64,000 nt of DNA, taken from Clostridia bacterium. Lineage in GTDB: Bacteria > Bacillota > Clostridia > UMGS1840. Numbering within the stretch: the stretch's first letter is position 1; every line of letters begins with the position of its first letter. Location: the NCBI GenBank assembly GCA_045656345.1, contig JAZOQZ010000062.1:50-64049 (forward strand), written 5' to 3'. The notes beneath the pieces are model-generated. The model saw only the letters and a list, made by a program, of their open reading frames with translations, was not told where the DNA came from and ran no database searches. A program made the translations under genes and the position numbers. Positions 45,601-52,788 of this stretch are shown here, in pieces.

Positions 45601-46882
45601 ATTCTACGAATGTGCCAATGTGACCGAGGTTGTTCTCGGAAATGATTTAACCGAAATCGGCGACCGTGCCTTTGGTGCTTGTAAGGGAATCAGTGAAATC
45701 ACACTTCCCGACAGCGTAATTGTAATTGGCGAATTTGCCTTTGCCAACTGCGAAGGTCTGACCGGTCTGACCTTTAACGAAACCGTGGAAACCATTGGTG
45801 CTTCCGCATTTTATAACTGTGTCGGTTTAACCAAACTGACCATTCCTTCCAGTGTGACCACCCTGGGCGAAAAAGCGTTCCAGAATTGTACTGCGTTAAC
45901 CGATGTGGTGATTGGTAACGGTATTACCGCAATTGCTCCCTATACCTTCCACAACGGCTTCAATCTGGTGAATGTGACAATTCCCGAAACCGTAACCTCC
46001 ATCGGTGCTTCTGCATTTGACCTTTGCACCAAGCTGAAAACCATTTATTACTACGGTACCGAAACCGATTGGTCCAAGATGGAAATTGGTGAGAAAAACG
46101 ACGGTATTTTAAATGCTTCTATGTATTACTTCTCCGGTATTTGCGGAGATAATATGACCTGGAGCGTAACCTCTGACGGAGTTCTTACTTTGGGCGGTAC
46201 CGGTGATATGTATGATTATACTGCATATACGATGCCCTGGTATGACCATATTGAAAATATCCGTGAAGTTATCATAGGCGACGGTATCACCGGCCTTGGC
46301 AATTCTGCATTCCAGGGTGCTTTGAATCTGACAGACATCACCTGGAGCGCAAGCTTAAAAACCATTGGGGAACGTGCTTTCTCCGGCTGCGCAAGCTTAG
46401 ATGCTGTGGTTCTTCCCGAAACTGTTACCGAAATCAGCGACCACGCATTTGCATATTGTTCTTCTATGACTGCAATTACCTTCTCTAAAAATGTTGCAAC
46501 TATCGGTCAGTACGCATTTTATCAGGATTCCAACCTGAAGGATGTGTATTATTACGGAGAACAGGAAAACTGGGATGCGATTGCTGTTGGTAATTACAAC
46601 GATTATTTCAACAGTGCAACCGTTCATTATGTGACCGTCATCAAAACCGATGTTTCCGAAGACGGAAAAGCATTCACCGTTAACCTTCTCAATGTGGAAG
46701 AAGGGCAGACCGTGATTTTAGCTCTGTATCAGGGCAACAAGCTGGTAGAGGTGCAGGATGAACCCTATTCGGGAGCTTCTGTTCCCTTTACCACCACCGA
46801 AGAGTATTCCAATGCCAAGGTGATGGTTTGGGATTCCATATCCGCTTTAACCACAAAATATCAGGTGGAAATTGTAAAATAA
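42650..46882 (+). CDS. Secreted BspA-type leucine-rich-repeat (LRR_5) protein, six tandem modules, 1410 aa
   Basis: Signal peptide (…VMSASA/ATV). There are six 205-238-aa modules. Each opens with C-G/S-x-N-x-T/S/I-W-x-L/F/V-x(2,3)-G-T/V-L-T-x-S/T/G-G-x-G-x-M, is followed by ~23-aa LRR units (I/VxxIGxxAFxxCxxLxxVxIPxSV), and closes with YYxGTxxxWxxIxI. The unique C-terminal domain is ~85 aa. RBS AGGAGAAA. Confidence 0.85.
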   Translation: MKKKIFALFTAIVLCVTSLGVMSASAATVASGNCSSTVSWTLDSEGTLTVSGTGAMPDYEATTFPWYSQRNSITKVVIGNGVTTIGAYAFRSCKSITEVSVANSVLSIGEYAFANDEGLTKVTLGNKLQSIGNNAFYNCKTLANVTIPDSVITLGSDVFSTCPALTTVVIGNGVEVIPENAFRGCSKLTNLTIGCGVFEIAANAFYNCSALKNVTFIGTESQWSKITIAESGNDALKNVSVQATAPDNGCGANATWSFADGTLTISGSGAMANYNAYNCPWLNLKSDITKIVIADGITSVGSYAFGGCNNLGEITLPDSVTRIGERSFNNCDSLTEFTVSDSVTYIGDYAFANCDKLASVDLGYGVVTIDTYAFYNCDSLETVKIPNSVTTMGSFAFSASGALKEVMLGSGLTTISSSAFRSCSGLEKVTISGTVASVGESAFQGCSALKDVYFRGDAQKWAAVSIGSNNTALTSATIHYATADICGENLTWNLDENGTLTVTGTGEMYDFTAYNMPWYSQRNNVKKVVIADGVTNVGTWAFYNHSNLEEISFGDTVTNIGLRAFASCKNLVSINLEGNITTVGDYAFASCEAAKEIVFGENVTTVGNDAFYNCKGLTELTLPAHITTWGERAFTSCSNLTKVTLEDGIDTIGTSMFHGCSKLETITIPATVTVIGNAAFRDCNALRDVYYPGTEEQWNAITVGTQNTALENATVHFASEEGICGDNLIWYLDTDGVLTISGIGAMYDYNEEATPWAEFSDSIISVVISEGVTSIGDGTFSALGNLEAITIPASVTTIGEAVFFGCDKLADITVAEENSAYCAVDNVLFNKDQTILIQYASGKEDTAYTIPDGVETVEKGAFAATVLESLTVPNSVTTIKENAFASCTALTNIFYDGFQSDWEQMISEYAGNEALANATAQFSCYEGTCGENVTWQLDTLGTLTISGTGDMADFESRKAPWYSLRNNIQKVIVEDGITSIGTWAFYECANVTEVVLGNDLTEIGDRAFGACKGISEITLPDSVIVIGEFAFANCEGLTGLTFNETVETIGASAFYNCVGLTKLTIPSSVTTLGEKAFQNCTALTDVVIGNGITAIAPYTFHNGFNLVNVTIPETVTSIGASAFDLCTKLKTIYYYGTETDWSKMEIGEKNDGILNASMYYFSGICGDNMTWSVTSDGVLTLGGTGDMYDYTAYTMPWYDHIENIREVIIGDGITGLGNSAFQGALNLTDITWSASLKTIGERAFSGCASLDAVVLPETVTEISDHAFAYCSSMTAITFSKNVATIGQYAFYQDSNLKDVYYYGEQENWDAIAVGNYNDYFNSATVHYVTVIKTDVSEDGKAFTVNLLNVEEGQTVILALYQGNKLVEVQDEPYSGASVPFTTTEEYSNAKVMVWDSISALTTKYQVEIVK

Positions 46883-46888
46883 TAAAAG

Positions 46889-46926
46889 AAAAATGACTTG
46901 CCTCGCGGCAAGTCATTTTCTTTTTC
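46889..46926 (+). terminator. Rho-independent terminator of the LRR gene
   Basis: AAATGACTTGCC-TCGC-GGCAAGTCATTT followed by a T-rich run. Confidence 0.8.
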
Positions 46927-46955
46927 TTGACATTGGGCGGAAATTTTTGTATAAT
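46927..46955 (+). promoter_or_regulatory. Sigma-A type promoter of the DEAD-box helicase gene
   Basis: TTGACA, 17-nt spacer, TATAAT. Confidence 0.7.
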
Positions 46956-46999
46956 AATTAAAATTGTCAGTAATTTATAGATTTTTGAGGAAATATTTT

Positions 47000-48673
47000 A
47001 TGGAAGCCTTATTATTTGCAGACCTGCCCATTTCCGATGCCTTAAAACGGGGAATCGCCCAAATGGGATTTATAAAAACCACACCGATTCAGCAGGAGAG
47101 CCTGTTCCCGATTCTGGAAGGGCGTGACCTGGTGGCGCAAGCACCCACGGGAACGGGAAAGACCTGTGCCTTCGGGGTGCCTGTTTTAGAAAAAATCATT
47201 CCCGGTGAGGAAGTGGTGCAAGCGTTGGTGCTTTGTCCCACCCGTGAACTGGTGATGCAGACCGCGGAAGAATTGGGAAAACTGTCCCGTTACCAAAAGG
47301 GGATTCGGATTTCTTCTTTGTATGGTGGTCAGCCCATTGAACGTCAGCTGGCAGACTTAAAAAAACGTCCCCAAATTATTGTGGCAACTCCGGGCAGACT
47401 GATGGATCACTTAAGAAGACGCAGTGTTCGTCTGGTCAATCTTTCCTATTTAGTGCTGGATGAAGCAGACGAAATGCTGAATATGGGATTTCGTGACGAT
47501 ATCGAAACCATTTTAGAAACTGCACCCAATGAACGTCAGACTGTTCTGTTTTCTGCAACAATGCCTGCCGAAATCAAAGAAATTGCGCAGAATTATCAGA
47601 AAAAAGACCGTGCCTTTGTTAAAATTACAGGGGAAACCCTGACCGTTTCCAATGTGGCAGAATATTATCTGGAAGTGAAAGGCCCCAAAAAGCTGGATGC
47701 TTTAAGCAGACTTTTGGATTTGCACGGATACGGATTGTCTCTGGTGTTTTGTAACACCAAGAAAAAAACCTCTGAAATCACCGAGGAACTAATCAGCCGA
47801 GGCTATCCTGCGGAAATGCTTCACGGTGATATGAAACAACCCGAGCGTGACCGTGTAATGAACCGCTTTAAATCGGGGAAAACCGAAATTCTGGTGGCAA
47901 CCGATATTGCAGCCCGTGGTATTGACGTGGAAAATGTGGAAGCAGTTTTCAATTTTGATGTGCCTCAATTTGAAGAATATTATGTTCACCGAATCGGCAG
48001 AACAGGCAGAGCTCAGAAAAAAGGCGTTTCCTACACCTTTGTGGCAGGAAAGGAAATGTTTAAACTAAAAGACATTATGAAATATACCAAATCCCATATT
48101 GAGCCATATAAAACACCCTCTGAATCGGATGTTTTGGAGGCAAGGGTGAAGAAAACGGTCGGCAAAGCCATCTCTGTGGTTGGTAGTCCCAATTTTGAAC
48201 GTTATCTTCAGATTACCCAGAATGTTGTGGGAGAAGGAAAGCTGACGGCTTGTGAATTGTCTGCGGCACTCATTTGTATGTTGACCGAAGAAAAGAAGGC
48301 GGAGAAAAAGCCGAAAGAAACCAGAGAAATGAGCAAAAAAACAGGTGCTCAGCAGGGGATGGCAAGGCTGTTTATCGGTCTTGGTTCCCTGGATAAAATC
48401 CGTCCTCGTCATATTGTGGAGTTGATTTCTTCCAATACTCCCGTACAGGGGAATGAAGTGGGAGCCGTGGATATTTTTGATAAATATTCCTTCTTTGAAA
48501 TTCCTGCCGAAAAGACAGACGATGTGCTGGAATCCTTAAAAGATTTAACCTATCGGGGCAGAGAAGTGTTTGTGGAAAAGGCACAGGCCACTCAGAAAAA
48601 TCCCAAAGGTTCCAAAAAAGCGGATAAGTCAGGCAAAAAAGAAGCAAAAAACCAGCGTGGTTTTCGAAAATAA
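47000..48673 (+). CDS. DEAD-box ATP-dependent RNA helicase with DbpA-type C-terminal RNA-binding domain and basic tail
   Basis: Q motif, AQAPTGTGKT, PTRELV, DEAD, SAT, HRIGRTGRA. The C-terminal region ARLFIGLGSLDKIRPRHIVELI... resembles the DbpA RBD. ATG at 47000 follows GAGGAA. Confidence 0.9.
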   Translation: MEALLFADLPISDALKRGIAQMGFIKTTPIQQESLFPILEGRDLVAQAPTGTGKTCAFGVPVLEKIIPGEEVVQALVLCPTRELVMQTAEELGKLSRYQKGIRISSLYGGQPIERQLADLKKRPQIIVATPGRLMDHLRRRSVRLVNLSYLVLDEADEMLNMGFRDDIETILETAPNERQTVLFSATMPAEIKEIAQNYQKKDRAFVKITGETLTVSNVAEYYLEVKGPKKLDALSRLLDLHGYGLSLVFCNTKKKTSEITEELISRGYPAEMLHGDMKQPERDRVMNRFKSGKTEILVATDIAARGIDVENVEAVFNFDVPQFEEYYVHRIGRTGRAQKKGVSYTFVAGKEMFKLKDIMKYTKSHIEPYKTPSESDVLEARVKKTVGKAISVVGSPNFERYLQITQNVVGEGKLTACELSAALICMLTEEKKAEKKPKETREMSKKTGAQQGMARLFIGLGSLDKIRPRHIVELISSNTPVQGNEVGAVDIFDKYSFFEIPAEKTDDVLESLKDLTYRGREVFVEKAQATQKNPKGSKKADKSGKKEAKNQRGFRK

Positions 48674-48679
48674 TAAAAG

Positions 48680-48709
48680 AAAAAAGCGGTGTTTTCACCG
48701 CTTTTTTTG
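48680..48709. terminator. Bidirectional terminator (helicase / adh)
   Basis: AAAAAAGCGGTG-TTTT-CACCGCTTTTTTT. Confidence 0.85.
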
Positions 48710-48715
48710 TTTGTA

Positions 48716-49771
48716 TCAGATTTTCACCACAGGTTTAATTAAGTCGGCAGGCTTGTTTTTCATTAAAAGAAGAGCTTCTTCGATTTTGTCAAACCCCTCA
48801 AATACGTGGGTGATCAGTCGGGAAGTATTCAGTTTTCCCGTTGCCAAAAGAGATGCCATTTTTTCCATTCTCAATCTTCCGCCGGGAGTTAAACCGCCAT
48901 TGATTTTTTTGTGTCCCATTCCAACTCCCCATTCCACACGTGGGATGGAAATGGTGTCTCCGTCTCCCAAATAATTCACATTGCCGATGGCACCGCCGGC
49001 ACGCAGGATTCGAATCGCCTGGTCAAAGGTATTGTTGTCACCACCGGCAATAATCACACGGTCAACCCCTCTGCCACCGGTTTTTTGGAGGATTTGTTCC
49101 ACAATATCGCCTTCACGGTAGTTGATGATATCAGTAGCGCCGTAGTATTTTGCCGCTTCCACACAGTTGGGACGAGAACCAACGGCAAAAATGCGGGCAG
49201 CTCCTCGTTTGTTGGCGCCTGCCACACTCATCAGTCCCACCGGACCGATACCGATGACGCAGACACTGTCACCAAATTCAATATCACAAAGCTCGGCACC
49301 GTGGAACCCGGTTACCACCATATCGGGAAGCATACACGCTTCAACCGGATCCACTCCTTCGGGGAGCAATGCTAAGTTGGCATCCGCTTCATTCACGTGA
49401 AAATATTCGGCAAATACGCCGTCTTTGAAGTTGGAAAATTTCCAACCTGACAGCATTCCTGTGGAATGCATGGGAACCCCCGCCTGAGAGTAGAGGGTGC
49501 CCCAGTCTGGAGTGATGGCAGGAACGATTACTTTGTCTCCGGGTTTGAAATCGTGCACCAGTTCTCCCACGGTGTCTACCACACCAACTGCTTCGTGCCC
49601 TAAAATCATATTGTGTCGGTCACCGATAGCACCCGACCAGACGGTATGGATGTCTGAGGTGCAGGGGGCGATGCAAATGGGGCGTACAATAGCATCCAGA
49701 GGTCCGCAAGCTGGTTTTTCCTTATCAATCCAGCCGGTTTCTCCGATTTTTATCATAGCATAACCTTTCAT
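48716..49771 (-). CDS. adh: NADP-dependent secondary-alcohol (isopropanol) dehydrogenase, zinc MDR family (TbADH/CbADH type)
   Basis: MKGYAMIKIGETGWIDKEKPACGPLDAIVRPICIAPCTSDIHTV...GHEAVG...LPDMVVTGFHGAE...GIGPVGLM...LIKPVV is collinear with my recollection of the Thermoanaerobacter brockii / C. beijerinckii enzymes. The Cys37/His59/Asp150-equivalent Zn ligands are present. ATG at 49771 follows AAGGAG. Confidence 0.88.
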   Translation of the reverse strand: MKGYAMIKIGETGWIDKEKPACGPLDAIVRPICIAPCTSDIHTVWSGAIGDRHNMILGHEAVGVVDTVGELVHDFKPGDKVIVPAITPDWGTLYSQAGVPMHSTGMLSGWKFSNFKDGVFAEYFHVNEADANLALLPEGVDPVEACMLPDMVVTGFHGAELCDIEFGDSVCVIGIGPVGLMSVAGANKRGAARIFAVGSRPNCVEAAKYYGATDIINYREGDIVEQILQKTGGRGVDRVIIAGGDNNTFDQAIRILRAGGAIGNVNYLGDGDTISIPRVEWGVGMGHKKINGGLTPGGRLRMEKMASLLATGKLNTSRLITHVFEGFDKIEEALLLMKNKPADLIKPVVKI

Positions 49772-49883
49772 TAAAAAAACTCCTTCTGCATTCAGTATTC
49801 TTATTCTATTTTCCCCCATATGGAGGGAGTTATACCTTGTTTGGAAAATTTCGGCGTTTCATCCCCGATTTTTTCAAAAACTA

Positions 49884-49912
49884 TTGACAACCGAGTGCTT
49901 TTTTGATATACT
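49884..49912 (+). promoter_or_regulatory. Sigma-A type promoter for tRNA(CAU)
   Basis: TTGACA, 17-nt spacer, TATACT. Confidence 0.65.
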
Positions 49913-49948
49913 TTTTTGGTATCCTTATGGGAAAACATCCAAACATAA

Positions 49949-50025
49949 GGGCCTTTAGCTCAGTTGGTTAGAGCTCCCGGCTCATAACCGGTCGGTCCTG
50001 GGTTCGAGTCCCCGAAGGCCCACCA
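49949..50025 (+). tRNA. tRNA with CAU anticodon (elongator Met or lysidine-modified Ile2; Ile2-like by sequence feel), encoded CCA
   Basis: GGGCCTTTAGCTCAGTTGGTTAGAGC..., anticodon loop CT-CAT-AA, T-arm GGGTTCGAGTCCC, acceptor GGGCCTT/AAGGCCC, ACCA. Confidence 0.85.
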
Positions 50026-50061
50026 AAAATCGACAAGATTCGTTAGAGTCTTGTCGATTTT
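50026..50061 (+). terminator. Terminator hairpin immediately after tRNA(CAU)
   Basis: AAAATCGACAAG (50026-50037) pairs with CTTGTCGATTTT (50050-50061). Confidence 0.6.
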
Positions 50062-50260
50062 ACTTATTACCTCCTCACTCTTCACTATTCCCTAAGCAGA
50101 CTTGTCGATTTTTGGAAAGTAATAAGTAATAGTGAATAAGGGAGAAGTTAAGGTAGCTTTGCTTTAGGCAAAGCTTATTTTTATATGCCATCTAAACCAT
50201 TTGGCTCTTCAACCATAAAAAGACACCGCAAGGTGTCTTTTTTGTTTTTTTAATTTCTCC

Positions 50261-50289
50261 TTGCATCTTGTGGCAAGATATGTTATAAT
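50261..50289 (+). promoter_or_regulatory. Promoter of malQ
   Basis: TTGCAT, 17-nt spacer, TGtTATAAT. Confidence 0.55.
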
Positions 50290-50321
50290 ACCTTATATTT
50301 ATTTTTTGAAGGATTATCACT

Positions 50322-51749
50322 ATGGACAGAAAAAGCGGTGTTTTAATGCATATTTCTTCTCTCCCCGGAGAGTATTCCATCGGTTCGTTCGGGGAAGAAG
50401 CAAAACAGTTTGTTGATTTTTTAAAAGATGCTGGTTTTACTTACTGGCAGGTGCTTCCGTTTTGTATGGCGGATGCGTACAATTCGCCGTATCAGTCTTA
50501 TTCTGCATTTGGCGGAAACCCCTATTTTGTGGATTTACCCACTCTGGCAAAAAAAGGTCTGTTAACCAAAGCAGAGTTGGAAGATGCCAAACAAAAAACG
50601 CCTTATGTGGCAGAATATGAACGGTTGTGGGAAGAACGGTTTTTGCTCTTAAAAAAAGCGTCTTCCCGAGTAGCAGACAGAACGGAAATAGAAAGTTTTG
50701 TTTCCCAAAATAAACATCTGGAAGCCTTTTGCCGTTTTATGGCATTAAAAGAAGCTAACAACCATTTGCCCTGGAATGAATGGAAAAATGAAGCATATGA
50801 CGAAGACATTTTGTTTGCCTGGCAGATGATTCAATATGAATTTTTCACCCAGTGGCAGGATGTGAAAACCTATGCCAATGAGAGAGGAATCAAAATCATC
50901 GGAGACATCCCCATTTATGTGTCTTACGACAGTTGTGATGTGTGGGATAATCGCACGCAATTTCAGTTATCCGAAGACGGAACGCCCTCCAAGGTGGCTG
51001 GGGTACCGCCTGATTATTTCAGTGCAGACGGTCAGCTTTGGGGGAATCCCTTGTATGATTGGGATGTGATGAAACAAGATAACTACCGTTGGTGGAAAGA
51101 CAGAATTTCTCATATGGCAACCTTGTTTGATGCCATTCGTATTGACCATTTTCGTGCCTTTGAATCCTATTGGGCGGTGCCGTATGGTGCAAAAACTGCC
51201 AAAGAAGGCAGTTGGCAACCCGGTCCCCGTATGGACTTTATCCGTGCTATTGGGGAGGTTTCGGAAGAGTGTCAGATTATTGCGGAAGATTTGGGGGATA
51301 TTACTCCCGAAGTGCATCAACTGGTGAAGGATAGCACTTTTCCGGGAATGCGAGTGTTCCAGTTTGGCTTTTTGTCCGATGGAGACAGCTTACATAAACC
51401 CCATCATTACCCCAAAAATTCAGTTGCCTATACAGGTACCCACGATAATAACACTTTGCTTGGCTATTTGTGGGAATTACCCATGCATCTGAAAGAAGAA
51501 ATGCTTTCTTATTGCGGTCACGAGGGAGACTGGGGTGCAGGGTGCAAAAGCATTATCCGCACTGTGTTTGCAAGTCACGCAGACTGGGCAATCCTGCCCA
51601 TTCAGGATTTGTTGGGATACGGTTCGGATACCCGTTTGAATACTCCCGGAAAAGCCGATGGAAACTGGCAATTCCGCATTACCGAAGAACAGCTTCAGAC
51701 CATTGATAAAGAGTATTGGAAAACGTTAAATAAACGGTATGCAAGATAA
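50322..51749 (+). CDS. malQ: 4-alpha-glucanotransferase (amylomaltase, GH77)
   Basis: SGVLMHISSLPGEYSIGSFG, GDIPIYV, IRIDHFRAF, IAEDLG, GTHDNNT, catalytic signature of GH77. Confidence 0.93.
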   Translation: MDRKSGVLMHISSLPGEYSIGSFGEEAKQFVDFLKDAGFTYWQVLPFCMADAYNSPYQSYSAFGGNPYFVDLPTLAKKGLLTKAELEDAKQKTPYVAEYERLWEERFLLLKKASSRVADRTEIESFVSQNKHLEAFCRFMALKEANNHLPWNEWKNEAYDEDILFAWQMIQYEFFTQWQDVKTYANERGIKIIGDIPIYVSYDSCDVWDNRTQFQLSEDGTPSKVAGVPPDYFSADGQLWGNPLYDWDVMKQDNYRWWKDRISHMATLFDAIRIDHFRAFESYWAVPYGAKTAKEGSWQPGPRMDFIRAIGEVSEECQIIAEDLGDITPEVHQLVKDSTFPGMRVFQFGFLSDGDSLHKPHHYPKNSVAYTGTHDNNTLLGYLWELPMHLKEEMLSYCGHEGDWGAGCKSIIRTVFASHADWAILPIQDLLGYGSDTRLNTPGKADGNWQFRITEEQLQTIDKEYWKTLNKRYAR

Positions 51750-51750
51750 C

Positions 51751-51783
51751 AAAAAAAGCTGACATTTTGTCAGCTTTTTTTAT
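51751..51783. terminator. Bidirectional terminator (malQ / LysR gene)
   Basis: AAAAAAAGCTGACA-TTTT-TGTCAGCTTTTTTT. It overlaps the last codons of the LysR gene. Confidence 0.8.
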
Positions 51784-52654
51784 TTCGTATCAGTTCCAAA
51801 AAGGCTTGTGCGGCGTGGGAGAGGGGATTGTGCCGAAGATAAGCACACCCGATGGCACGTTCTTTTAAGGGCGGTTCTACGTTCATTAGTTTTACGGTGC
51901 CGTTTTGGATACTGTCTTCGGAAAATTCTTTTACCACACTGGATACTCCTAAGTGAATGGAGGCAAACCGAAGAAGTAAATCGTGAACTGCAATCTCAAT
52001 TTTGGGGGATAGGGGGACTTTCGCTTTTTTGAATTCCTTTTCCACGAATTTTCGGGAGGTGGAGTTGGGTTCCAGGAGAATCAACGGTTGTTCCGATAAC
52101 TCTTTCCAGGAGTATGATTCCTTTTGGGGAAAATCGGGACCGCAGACAAAGACGTCGTGAATGGTAAGACAGTGTTCCACGGTTAATTCTTCGTCAGAAA
52201 TCGGTAAGTTTACAAATGCAAGTTCTGCTTTTCCTTCTTTGACGTATTGCACCAGTTTGGCAGAATAGGAGTTGGTCATTTCGATACGGATATCGGGATA
52301 AAGAGTATGAAATTTTTCCAAATAGGGCAATAAATAATGTGTGGTGACGGTATCTCCGGCGGCAATCATCAAAGAACCTGCGTGCAGATGATGAAGCTGA
52401 GCCAACAGAGTTTCCCCTTGTGTGATGGAAGACAGGGCATTATCTACCTTGGGTAACAACAATTTTCCCTCACGGGTTAAGGTGACGCCTCGGCGGGAAC
52501 GGACAAACAACTGGGTGTTTAAATCGTTTTCCAGTTGTTGAATACATTGGGAAATGGCAGACTGAGACACAAACAGTTTTTCTGCAGCTGTGGAAAAAGA
52601 GCCGTGGTGAGCCACTTCCGAGAAGACACGATAATAATCAAGTTTTGTATTCAT
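51770..52654 (-). CDS. LysR-family transcriptional regulator
   Basis: N-terminal HTH YYRVFSEVAHHGSFSTAAEKLFVSQSAISQCIQQLE plus a LysR substrate-binding domain. ATG at 52654 follows AAGAGG. It is divergent from the CofE-like gene. Confidence 0.9.
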   Translation of the reverse strand: MNTKLDYYRVFSEVAHHGSFSTAAEKLFVSQSAISQCIQQLENDLNTQLFVRSRRGVTLTREGKLLLPKVDNALSSITQGETLLAQLHHLHAGSLMIAAGDTVTTHYLLPYLEKFHTLYPDIRIEMTNSYSAKLVQYVKEGKAELAFVNLPISDEELTVEHCLTIHDVFVCGPDFPQKESYSWKELSEQPLILLEPNSTSRKFVEKEFKKAKVPLSPKIEIAVHDLLLRFASIHLGVSSVVKEFSEDSIQNGTVKLMNVEPPLKERAIGCAYLRHNPLSHAAQAFLELIRNKKS

Positions 52655-52788
52655 ATATAAGAACCTCTTATCACTGATGTAAGAATTATCTGCTTTACTA
52701 ATGGAATCATTTGTATTATAATAAAGATAGTGAAAAATGTCAAGTATGTTTTTAAAATACAAAACAGACAACAGTTAGGAGAATTGTT

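Noticed and set aside
42650-46882. Periodic internal repeats that could be mistaken for a CRISPR or tandem-repeat array (LRR modules; also the 42-aa TPR units at 62148-63146)
   Set aside because: The repeats are protein-coding, in one continuous reading frame, and diverged at the DNA level. There is no repeat-spacer structure, and no cas genes occur in the window.
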